A stretch of DNA of 62,457 nucleotides, the filler included, from Catajapyx aquilonaris (lineage: Eukaryota), in NCBI GenBank assembly GCA_000934665.2. It is 2 parts of 2 records of this genome, joined end to end, with 100 filler letters (N's around TTAATTAATTAA, not from the genome) between each part and the next. Parts side by side here need not be neighbours in the genome. Positions count along the whole stretch, not along the records: positions 1 to 31,173 come from JYFJ02004564.1; 1 more part is not named here. One strand, written 5' to 3'. Shown piece after piece: positions 1-11,900 of the stretch. Under the pieces are notes generated by a model. The model was given only the letters and a program-made list of their open reading frames with translations, was not told the origin of the DNA and ran no database searches. The position numbers and the translations under genes were made by a program. Position 1 is the stretch's first letter; every line of letters starts with the position of its first letter.

Positions 1-728
1 ACTCCTCAGCGTCAGTACTAGGTCCCTGCACACTCGTTTTTCAAGTAAGTATCACAACAGAGCTGTATTTCGCGCCAACCTAAACTCCCCAATTACCTTT
101 ATGGCGTTTGGACATGCAAAAAAGAGGGGCGCAAGATATAGATGCAATGCTGGGTGGCAGGAAATCGATTTAATTTGCTTGGTATTGTTGCACAAGGGCA
201 TTTCTATGGTATTGTAAACTTGGTTGATATATTGTTATTGATGTTGATAGCATCATCATCATCAACATCAAGACATTTCCCTATGAGGGGTAGTCAGCGA
301 TGAAGTGAGATGCAAGCTAACCCAACATATGAACTAGATTAAAACTTGTTGATATAAATGATAATAAATTGTTGAGGCCCAAGTAGTGAGAAGATTCGGG
401 AATATGCTTGTTGTGGGAGTTAGGCTCATTTTCGGAAGCTGAAACAGTGAAACATGCGCCATTAAATCCCTCGAAAAAAGTAACCCCCGATGAGCTAGTG
501 TAAGGCGGTGTAGGTGCATTCCCCTGGATTTCTATAGTCAATCCACACACAAACAAATCTCCTCAAATATACGAGTAGATTGTGATTATAGCAGAACTCT
601 TTGGTTACGACGAAAATTTGACTAACAACATTTGATAAATCCCAGACTTTTTGTGGAACTTGGTAAATGGTACTCATGTGCAGACACATGACTCTTAACC
701 TTCTAATGAGGGCCATTGTTATTTTTAG

Positions 729-1219
729 TCCCCACATTTGTGGCCTTCCTAAAGGAGGTGGAATCCCCCTATGAGGTGCAGGACTATGTTCGCTCCTACC
801 TGGGTGAAGGGAAGGACATGAAGGAGTTTGCCCGACAATTTGTGGAGAGGCGCTCCCGCTGGAAGCAGCAGCAGAGGCACCAGGCTGCGAATGATGAGGA
901 CAATATGTGCATGCCTGCACCGGCAATCAACCCTCTCAGGAATGACTTCATGGAAGTCAAGGTATGTACATTCCACAGGGCTTGGATTTCGCAGTGCATG
1001 TTTACCATGTATGCAGGGAATGGAACAATGCCTACGCTGATAGAATGCCAAGAAGTGTGCCCTGTATGTGTAACCAAAAGTGTTAATTTATTGCAGGGCA
1101 AGAGCAAGAAGAGCAAGAAAAAAATGCAGAAGGTGGACAGCCGCATTCTCGGATTCACAGTGACTGCGGCTGCGGACAGGATCAATGTGGGTGAGAGGGA
1201 CTATGGAGAAGCAATGTGA
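729..1219 (+). CDS. GIGYF: GIGYF/Gyf (GRB10-interacting GYF protein) family, last two coding exons (5' part upstream of the window)
   Basis: Exons 729..961 (tttttag| ... aag|gtatgt) and 1097..1219 (ttgcag| ... TGA). They translate to [41 protein letters not shown] ... [30 protein letters not shown], the conserved GIGYF1/2 C-terminus. Confidence 0.9.
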
Positions 1220-2628
1220 TTGGTCCCTTGAAATTTTTTTGGGTCCCCTGCTCTCCTGTCCCCCTCAACTCGTATCTGATCAGTTTGTGGGTAACTGAAG
1301 CCATTTTGCTGCATCCTCCTCCTATTCCCCTCCCACCCCTTCCCAATTATTTGATAAATGGAGTGATATATTTGGATATAAAGGTCAAAAGAGAGACAGA
1401 AATAAGTCATACCTGGAAATGCACTTGCTCCTCTTTCTTGTCCGTTTGTTTTGGGAGATTTTGAACCCAATCATGAAAGGTGTTCTTTTTTTCTCATTTT
1501 TTTGCTGAAAGTACAATTTTTTGTCCTCTTTATGTTCTTATGATTTGCCCTATCCTGACACATGATTTTTTGTTTATTTCACCTTTGGAAAGGTGTCAAA
1601 CTTTGATCCTACTACATCCTGTGCCCCCTGGTCCTGCACCCACGTTGCCATCAAAGCTCTTCAGTACTTGCCCGTAAATTTTGTTTTTGACATGGTTCAT
1701 GTAAATAGAAGTGTATATTTCCATATTGGTGCTGGGTTACAAAAAAAGTCATGAAGACTATTCAGAATGGATGCAAAGAAATTACGACCCACCCCCTGGC
1801 AAGAACGAGAAGAAACAACAAGACGTTCACAACATGAAAGTGAAGGACATCTGTTGTGGACAGACTGACAAAAAATCCTGTAAACTCATTTTTTGCACAA
1901 TAAGCAAAAGTGGAAAAATCCTAACTGGAGGATGGGTTATTGTGACCTGCTTCTAACCCCCAATTGAAAATGCCTGGGTATCCAATACGTACTCTTTTTT
2001 TTCTTCAATTTTTTATTAAACGAAGTGAGGATCCTCATACATGCAATGTTGCCATTTCTGACTTATTGGAAATCAAGTGGGGAGGGACCGGGCCTGTGGT
2101 TTTCTTCAGAAGGGATCAGTTGGGGGAGTAGTACTTCCAATCACTTGAACACGGCAAAAAAAAATCTAACAAATCAAAATGGAATTCCCCCACCGTTGCC
2201 CTGCTTTGGTTCCAATTTCTTAAGAAACGTACAACACGCTACCCACCCATCATCATTTAAAAAAAAATGAACATTCAGGAAGGTATACTTTTATCTGCAT
2301 ACACAACAATATTCAAGGCAAACGCAACAAAACTGGGGACATGGCAGCCAAAAAAAGGGGGGGGGATGGAATTATTGCAAGAAAAGTCAGGGAGGGTCAG
2401 CTTTTGTTGCTGGCACACAAACCACATACTCGTATTATCACGATTCACTCAAAAAGGTGTGGGTGGGCATTGGGTGGGTAGCACTTGAAAGGGGGAAGAG
2501 GGGACAAGGAAATAAACAAATGAGGTGACCGGGATGGGGGGAGACTGTTACGAAAAAAGTTCTTGCATTTTTTTCTCTTCCCGGAAGCTGATGCTGCCTT
2601 TCTTTCGCTACCCCAACGAGCTTTGCTT

Positions 2629-5056
2629 TCACTCCAGGTCAGGGAGATCCTCGTCGTCGGAGTCTGTGTTGTCGTCCAGATCTTCCAGACTGGGCTTGTC
2701 CATGTCCCCACCTGCGCCTCCGCCGAGGTTCCCCATCTGACGCATCATCTGTCGCGTTACAGAGAACGGATAAATAATTCTGAGCCCAACCCTCCAGACT
2801 AAACATCTATACCATACTAAAGCCCAATCCATCCAAAAGACACATTAATTCCATTCTCATAACACTACCCCAGTTGCCAACTTGCACAATTTTGTAACTG
2901 ATCACAGCACTTCATCATTGTGAAGTAAAGCTGGGAAGCATAACATCTTCAAGTCCATGGGAAATGTAACTGCATGATCTATTCTCTCACTATTCAGTCA
3001 CTGGATAAAGTCCTGATAATTATGTACTCTGCATATGGACAACATGTAAAACATAGCCTTTTGGTACCAAAAGCTATGCTAGGTTGTCACCCATATGTGG
3101 AAAACTGTGACAATAGGGATGGGGCGGAGGATGAAAAAAAAAAAAAAAATGAAACAAAACAGATGGTCTTTGGCCATTGTGCTTTCTCCAGAAGGCAGCC
3201 ACTTAGGTAGACTCCATGGCTTGGTCATAGTCGGCTGCGTATTTCTGGAAGAACTGGCGACAGAAGAGGACTGGTTTTGGCATCCTTTTCTACTTGTGAC
3301 TCTTTTTTGTTGGTTTGCCTGGGCGAGACATTTGAACTTGATACAATCACTCACCTCCTCAAAGTCGCCTCCACCTCCGTGCTCGTCGTCACTGTCATCC
3401 TCGTCCTTCCACTTGTTAAAGTCAACCTTGAGCCAGTGGAACTTGTTCTTCTCCTCCAGCAGGTGTGGCCAGTAGGGTCCGTCATCCTTCTTCCGTATGA
3501 TGAACTCAACGTTGCGGTCTCGAACTGCGTACCGTGTTTTCTGAAACATAGAAATTGTCAAGCAGCTGCCAACTTGCATTCACAAATGTTGAGTAGGCCC
3601 AGTAGAAACAATGAGGAATTAACTTGGGTGGTTTCAATGCAAAGCAACTTACATCTGGGTCCACCTCCTTGAAGAAGTTGAGTGTGACCTCATGGTCCTT
3701 CTTCTCCGTCCCACCAACCCCACGGAAGTACAGCTTCTTGGGTTCAATGCGGATTTCTGGAATCTTGACGTCTTCCAGGCATATGGTCAGAAAAAGGAGC
3801 CCCTGTCGCTGTGCCCACATCACAGGGGGTGGGAGAATCCTGAGAAGAATTAATAAGACACCAGTTTAAAAACTTGAGACACTCAAGGCCAGTCACATCA
3901 CAACTTTCATGACATTGAGAACCCTCAGTGCTTCCTTAGGTCCAATATAGGAGTTAATTGTAATTACAGGTAGTCCCCGGTCTATGAACAGGGTTACATT
4001 CCTGAAAATGTCCATAAGTGGGATTTGTACATAACTTGTATCCCTTAGGAACAGGCCATATGTATAGCCTAAAGATGCTGCTACAACGAACCGATTACGT
4101 CATGTGTGTTTGTTTACATGACCGGAAGAACGTAGTTTCCCAACTATTTATTTATTACACAGTATTTATGCTGAATTTGATGTCAGTCAACGTGCAAAGA
4201 AATTATTGAAAGTGGACGGATAATTATGAATTATCCCTCTGGGGAGACTTGGGGAGTCCTCGTGGGTATGGATCGCCGTAAGTCGGGTCATTCGTAAACC
4301 GGGCACTACCTGTATATTGGGAATGTGGTTATCTTGTATGCTGTGTGGGGTCAATCATGAAATCAGGTGAACAACTTTCTTGGCTAATTACAAGCCCTAA
4401 CACCGCTTACGGCAAGCAATGACTTGTAATCCCACACAGTGTTCAGGTGTGCTTTTGACGGTGTTGTCCATCAGAGCAATTTGTTGGCGATTACTAGAAA
4501 AAAATACAGTAGTCATGTGAAAATGGTATGACTCTATCAGATGCAGCTGCACTTGATAAGGGTTGATAAAAATCCATCACTTATCATCAAATGACATGCA
4601 AAAGTTTTGATTTGTTGCATTTGGGCGCAATTGCTATTAGCCAACTAGTCGCATCCCTGCAGGGTCTGAAATCGACATTTACTAGCAATAATTTCGACAC
4701 GAATTTCATCAGCCTTTGTTCCATTATGCTTCAATCTGGCCACAATCGATGTTAAATTCCCCTTCCACCCTCCCTCCCCTTTGCCCCGGGGCCAGACCCC
4801 AGGGCGGCCCCACCGGCGTGGTTCGAGAGCGCTCCATCTAGAATGTTCCATGAGGTCAAAGATGGCGTGCGATGCCGACTCACGCCCTTTTGTCTCCGAC
4901 CCATTCGGCCGCCTCTCCCTTCCACGCCAGTCCCTCCCTTCGCTCCCTTCGCAGCTCCATGCATCCCCCGCACCCTCATTTCGCCCCGGGGCCACCCCCG
5001 TGCCCTCTAATCAACCCGCACGGGGACAAAACTTACTGTGAATCGGTCGAAGACAT
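2629..5056 (-). CDS. PTGES3: p23 / prostaglandin E synthase 3 (Hsp90 co-chaperone), 4 coding exons, 170 aa
   Basis: complement(join(2629..2748,3355..3540,3653..3839,5037..5056)), all GT-AG introns with consistent phases, 513 nt. Protein MSSTDSQILPPPVMWAQRQGLLFLTICLEDVK...YWPHLLEEKNKFHWLKVDFNKWKDEDDSDDE...DSDDEDLPDLE carries the p23 CS-domain signatures (WAQR, WP.L, WLKVDF.KWKDED) and the acidic tail. Confidence 0.93.
3967..4312. mobile_element. Tc1/mariner-pogo (Tigger-like) MITE in a p23 intron
   Basis: TA|CAGGTAGTCCCCGG at the left end and CCGGGCACTACCTG|TA at the right end: terminal inverted repeats plus TA target-site duplication; 346 bp, non-coding. Confidence 0.75.
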
Positions 5057-5249
5057 CTTGTTCCGAAGGAGAGTCCGGTTCTAAAAGAGACGCCTGGGCG
5101 CGGGGAATGGTACTAACCCCTACACTGAATCCCCATTGGTCCTTCACCTCCTAATGTTTGCACCGTTTTTAATCGCAATTACGACGAAAAAGGCAGCAAA
5201 ATATGTCGGGGCCACAAATTGAGACGGAAAGGCGGAATTTTTACAATTT

Positions 5250-5760
5250 TGCAAAATGTTCTCGCATCTCTTGTGCTGGTAGCCGCGTCCGAATCAGCAT
5301 GTTTGAAACAGTTCTGGCAGCCAACCGAATCAAAACGGGGATTAACACTCGCACTGTGCCTCGTAATTGCTAATAGTATGACTCATTTTTGTCGTACGCT
5401 CCAGTAAAAATGTGTGTCCGTGCATTAATCGGTACTGTATGTATAATCAATACGTGCTCATGCCAAAATTGATCAAACGAGCGTATCCAAATGTGTGCGA
5501 ACCCATGCCTATTTTTGTTGTGTAATGCGGTGTAATGTTACCATCCGCCTGATCCGTTGTGATTACTTGCTTGTTAATTAACCCTAATTTGCTATTAAAG
5601 CTGCAATGACCGAACTGTACTTAATACATTTTAAATCAAATCCAACTTGTTGGACCCAACATGTCCACCTTAAGGGCGCCACCTAGTTATCAATTAGTTT
5701 CCGTCCTTTCCGCCAGGAGTCAGACCGGTTCCAGCAGGCCCGCTCGAACGTAACGGACCG
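5250..5760. promoter_or_regulatory. Putative bidirectional promoter between p23 (-) and NOSTRIN (+), with a CTCF-like site
   Basis: Start codons are head-to-head at 5056 (-) and 5969 (+). GGGCGCCACCTAGT at ~5674-5687 is the reverse of ACTAGGTGGCGCCC, a CTCF-like motif. TSS positions are inferred, not observed. Confidence 0.45.
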
Positions 5761-5968
5761 TGTTCCTTTTTGAAGCCCGTCTACAAATCCAGTCGGGGTA
5801 AAACTCGAGTCGCTTCCGAACCACACTGGGGGTCAACTCCAGACCCAGCAGCATGTTGGACCGCGAGTGAGTGGCCTTTTCATAGGAAGCACACAGGCAT
5901 CGACGCAAGGGACTGGCCCTATTTGGATGGGACTTGGAGTCAGCAGGCATCGAACAGGTGACACAGCC

Positions 5969-8900
5969 ATGGCCAACCACAACAATAACAACAACAACAT
6001 CATGGGGAGGAAGGCGACGTTCAGGGGAAACTTTGAGGTAAGGACGGACAGGTGTTTGTACGAATCTGCTAATAAAGCAACAAGTGGTCAACTGCAGGCA
6101 ACAACTAGCAGGCAAGGAGACCAGTAGTAGTTAGCGGAAATTCTGAGCTGATATCACCACAATTCTATGAAAAGTGCTGATTAAAAAAAGTGCAATGAAA
6201 CCGCCATAAAAATGGATGGCATTCAATGAAAAGTAATGCGACATAACTCCTATGATAGGCCCAATTTTACGACTTTTTGTGTAAACATGCTGATAATTTT
6301 AGTGGCTGCAAGTGTCCTGAATTTGCTGCCACCTGTTGTTATATTATTTTTGTGTTGCCATCTGCAGGTGTCCCATTATCTGCATGCATCTGCGTGTTCA
6401 GTATGTGTGGAGTAAAAAAAAAAAAAAAATTGGTATGGCCTCTAATTTTGTGTAATCTTATCTCCAGGTAGAGAAAGACCAATATTTAGTTGTAGGACAT
6501 TTTGGGACGCTCACAGTAAAGTGCACTGAACTGTATCGGAGGAAGCAATTGAATGGTAGTTTTGCTCAGTCGGTTCCATTATTGCAGCCCACCTGTGAAG
6601 GGGGCTGGAAAAAATATATAATTGAGAGAAAAAAAAATGTTCAAAGGAGGCCCAGAAGGTCAGAACTTTCTCAGGGGTGAAAGTCACTCTTTTTTTCCAT
6701 CCTTGTGTGTAGGTCTATTGTTCTGTAGGATTTGTGAGAGATAAAGACCTCTAACTCATTTACTCTACCGGACCATTAATTTTTCACATTTTTTTTTTCT
6801 TGAAGGGAATACAGTGTATATAGGAACCGCTTGATTGGATGGTTTCCTGGTTCATATCTTTTCAATTTCACGGACCGTGGTAAAGTGGAAGCGGTACCGG
6901 CAACTGCTACAGAACGAAGTCAGCTTGGCCTGAACTAAACCTTGACCTGCATTTTCGTCCTGTTTGACTGAAGTTCACACAGTCCCCTGATTGTTCACTC
7001 CAGCAACCATATTCTGTTTAAAAAAAAGCTGCTGGGGTAAACAATCTGCAACATTTCATCCTGGAAATAAGATCATCGCTTATTATTCACTTCCTTGACT
7101 TTGAAGTGTTTTTTTTTTTCTTCTTCATCAATATAATTTCTTATTAAGCAGCAGAGAAGCGCGTGTATTTCAAGACATCAAGGTTGGCTCTTTCGCGAGA
7201 CCTTCGAATAAAATGGCTACTTTTCGCAGCAGGAAAAATGAAAAAGGTGTAAGTCCAGTAGCTGTAGAGGAAGTTGTGGAACGAATGTCCGAGAAGAATG
7301 GATTTGCATTCCAACCTGAATACTCTCCGAGCCCACGACACAAAAGGCTCTAACCTGGTTTCACATCATTTGGTTTTCCGATCTTGGCCACAATATCCTA
7401 ATCCGGGACACGCCAAAAATCCTGGCCTGTTTTTTTCCCGAAAAATGATAAGGTGGGTTTGAGGGGTAAACAAAAGCGGATGCCATTGTGTGGTGCGCCT
7501 TGTTATGACGTGCCAACTATTTCTGTGATTATACCGAATTGACATTGTTGCATGTGCAGTACCGACCGGTACCGACGCAAACAAAATAACTTCTTGGTAC
7601 GGAGCCTTCGAACATTATTGACGTCATGGGCAACAGTGGCAACAATATTATTCTAATGCTGAATCATACCACAATTATTAGCATTGGTACCAGGTTTTGC
7701 CCTGTACGGAATGCAACTATTTATGATGTAAATATGGACAGCAAATAGTTTATGCAATTATGCCATATTCTAATCTGACCTTGAACCTGCCCAATATTTG
7801 CACATACTTGAAGGTGGATGACCGGTGTGTTCGACCTGATAAAACAGCTGTAAGGTGATGCAATCGCGTTTGATTCAATTCCAAGAATATTTAATCGTCA
7901 AAATCATAGGTCAAAATGTGGTTATGTCACTCATTGCAAGATGTACATTACGTCATTGCACAGGGGTCATGCCATGCCGTGCTGTACACACCTTTTGTAA
8001 TTCGTAGCAATTTTATAGTCGATTTAGCAAGCATGGTGAGCTTGCCTGGAATTTTAAAATGTCAGGTAGGGGGGCATGGCAAGGGGGGTGTGACCTCATG
8101 GGGGGGTTAATTTTTGTTTGGTTGTGACTAGCGGGGACCAATCACGTGTTGGAGGTTATTTCCGGAGTAGGTCTATTTCAGCAGACCCGCCGTTGCCATT
8201 TCCAGTCCCCCAGTCAGTTATATGCTTTTTGGACGAATCAGCTGAAAGGATAGTTTGGTACAAATTAAATTGCTGCTCACTTTCTCATCCGCGTCTAAAT
8301 AAAAAAAGTGAAAGCGAACCACTTCTTTGGCATTTCCCCCCTTCAAACAACTATGAGGATAGTCCCTGCCATTGTCAAGTCCACGATTTTGGTATTGACA
8401 AACTGTAATCAATACATGGCTGCTATCATGCACAAACAAGCGAAATATTTTTAGCTCGTGGTATTAAATTGCGAAATGTGTTGGTCACATTGTTTCAGGG
8501 TCAACATTTCAACGCGGTCCAATTAATTCGAACAATACTCCAATGCAATGACCCTATTTTTTCTGATTTTGATGCCCATTATGCCAAAATTTGGATTACA
8601 TTACTTGTGCAATGTGAGTACTGATGTGAAAAAATTAGTGTTTTTTATGGGGTGAGTCACGATGTCGGGCACGTGTCGAAAGGCAATGGACCCGGGTCGT
8701 TTTTGGGGGGGTGTACTTTATTGATCTGGAAGAGTGCAACGTTGCGACTCTTGTGGACGAGTGTACCCAGCTCCCGTCCTAGTTGGCAGTGCAAAGAGGA
8801 AGCAGCATTAGGGGGGGATCCGGCAACCTCGCCCTTGGCTTAGACTGTACCGCATGTGTATGTGTGCGTTTAGTTGGGATCAGTTGGACTGGGCCGACCT

Positions 8901-11900
8901 TCCCGGTTAGTCGTCTTCTGTCAGACTCTGAGATTTGTTTTTTTGTGTAAAGATGGTGGTGTATGGGTGGTTCCAACCGGCGGAAGTGTGTGCTTCTTCC
9001 CTGATAGTTTTGAAGTGGGTTCGGTGGTGTTAAGTGGTATTAAAAGTGGGGGGGATTTTTTTTAAGATTAGGTCGGCAATGTTCGTATAAGGACTAAGCA
9101 CTAATTGGTACGGGTAATTCAGAACACGTATGGGATGTGACGTCACGATGCGGTACCTGCAGGTTATGACACAATGAATTGCACTAACTCAAGGTGATTC
9201 TGATGTGCGCGGATTTGGCTGTATGCACTGCTAAATGTTGCGGTCCAATCGATGCTTTTAAAATTATCTGGGCATTTACTAATGTGTAGAGATAAGTTAT
9301 CGCCACTGTGCGTGCAGTAGCACGTTGTAATTGCGCTGGGGCATGAAGCCATGCGTACCACATTTTTTTTAAAGCGAAAAGGTCCGTGTGAAGTCATATT
9401 CATATTCAGCATCGTTGGAGATGAAGAATTAAATCATGGGAGTCGTGGGAGAGGTATTTTTCTCCTGGGTTCCTACTTTTATCTTCTTTGTTCGTAGCCC
9501 GTGGTTCCATTTTTTTCAGGTAGGGGTGGAGAAGGGGCTAGGATTTATATAGTTGGCCCTCACGTTTGTTGTTTCGGTCGGGCGGACGTTCCCACTTTTT
9601 TTCGGTGTGTTAAAAGCCCGTAAAGTGCTGACGTTTATTTCTCAATATACAGTACAGTACGAGCCAATTGCATGCACTATTTGCCAGATTTGATGCAATT
9701 ATCCAGCGGAATTTGGGTTTGGTAATGCCATGTAATTTCTTTTTACACATCTGCTCCGTAATTGACCATTGTGGTTATTATGATAATAGTAATGCAGTAA
9801 TCAATCACAGCGCTCATTAGCAAGTTCCGCCAATGTGTAAGGTCATCCAAATTTAGTCTATTGTCGCAGATTGTCAGGGTATAACCTTGGCAGTGTGCTG
9901 CACCAGGTGTTGGCTCCATTATCAGTGCGCACCGGAGACGTATATCCGAATATAAATATTGGCCGGCCTTGCTTTCGGCCTCCGCACCGGGCAAAGTGTA
10001 CTGCAGGGCGTCTGAGATTCATCCGTTTTGTTTATATGGAGGAGTGTGGGGTGGGCGGAGGGCAAGGACTTGATGTGAAGTGGGACTCTACTAAAACCGC
10101 CTCCAATTAACCTTGCTGGGCCATCCAAACAATCCTCAAGCCTTAAAGGGAATTCGCATTGTCCGCCATTCCTCATGCAAGTAATGACAATAGCAGCTCA
10201 GGTACTCTCAGGTTGTTCGAAATCATGACATAATGTTTGCAAAAAAATAAATGAAGGTTACCGCGGAAGTTATTCGGAAGAGGAAGTGATAGGAGGAGAC
10301 GCCCTGCACGACATGGCATGGAAATTGGCGGACACGCGCTCTTGATTTTCGTCTCCATTTCTGATGCCGGCCATGACGAAAAGGGACGTTTCTTTTTCTA
10401 GCAAATTGCTAATGAAATGTTCAGACGGCGTGCCGGTCGCTGGTCAGACTTTTTGAACGTGTGTAATTTTGGGGCGGAATTTGCAGGGCGCTTTGAGCGA
10501 GGGCGGCGGCCAGGAATAGAGAGACCGGGGGGATTGCCCCCTAGGCCTCGAGGAAGGACAGTTTGTTACCCAAGCGGATTATGTGACCGTCTAATTATGC
10601 CTGGTGAAATAATCAACCAACAGCTAATTTAAAAATATGGATCGGACAAAACCTGGTTATTAGCAGTTACATTTAGTAGCGAATCCAGAATGTAGTGCCA
10701 AGCGCCGAAGGCGCGCAAAGGGGGCGAAGCCCCACCGCTGAGCGCAGCTATAGTACTCAACCTCTAATATTACTTATATTAGCCTCTATAAAACTGAAAT
10801 TGACAGTACAATAGGTTGTGCCTGAAGGGGGTGACAATCGATAGTATTCGCACACGCGAGACCGAATCTGAGTCGCAGATACATGATGAGGTAGTGGCGT
10901 GCCAGGCAGAACAGTTGGAGAAACGCGGATTCCCATGGGTTTCGCAATAGTTTGGAAGGAAGGCAAGTCGAGGCCGCATTTCCACGAAGATGCGGGATGT
11001 GATGGATGGGAAGTAGCAAGGAGGCCAATCCGCATAGAGTAACTATGAGCAGTGCAATTATTCGTGTAGTGCAGGCGGTGTTTGGAAGGAAGAATAAATT
11101 AAGGAGGTTGAACAGGGAAGGAGGCAGAAACGAAAGGGAAAGAAAGAGCACTTCCGGTTGGTACTTTCCGGTTGGGAAGGAGACGAAGAAGAAGGGAAAG
11201 TGATGTTGCTTATTAGTTCGGTTGGACTCCTTTTTCAGTGCGCACGTTTGTTATGTCTGAGGAGAGCAGGCCCGGGTCCGCACAGAGTTCTAAGGAGGAG
11301 AACCTCAAACATCAGCCTGAGGGTGCTCTTATTGAACAGGAGGAAGGATTTGTTCAGATCAAAGGTATATTATACGTTGCACTTCCATTTTGGACATAAA
11401 ATCGGTCTTGGTAGTGATGTTTCTCATGCATATGTCAGTACTATACTGTGTGGGATTTGCGTCAGGATGGGTACGTGAGAAAATTCATGCAGTCAATTTA
11501 TTAGAATTAGATGCTAAAATGTGGACATGTAATTTGTGCTGACGTGTTTATGATTGAACTCGCGAATTGTAGCTAAAAGTTCGCTGCACTGTAGCAGCAG
11601 GATGTGACATATAGGCGGTTCAGTGATTCACGGTGGTATAGAGTTTGCCTGCTGAGTGATTAGTTTTGCCACCCATTATGAAGGAGCTATGAAAAAGAAA
11701 TATTGTGCAGCACTTAAATTTTTATTAATGCTTTGGCACAACGTAAATACTCCCGTAACAATGGTTTTTGCAAGACCTTAGCGTGCTGAGAGTAACATGT
11801 AATTTCAAGCTTCAACAATGGGTAATCTTAAGAAGTTGGCCTATTTTACAAAGGAGTTGCTGTTAAAAGCTGTAGAAATCTTTAGAGTACAGAAAGTTTT

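Noticed and set aside
11253..11364. Protein-like exon MSEESRPGSAQSSKEENLK...QIK with phase-1 donor as another NOSTRIN first exon
   Set aside because: Every downstream acceptor I tried (12590, 12669, 13265, 13270) gives an early stop in phase 1, and the F-BAR exon needs phase 0. It may be a uORF or UTR exon but cannot be supported.
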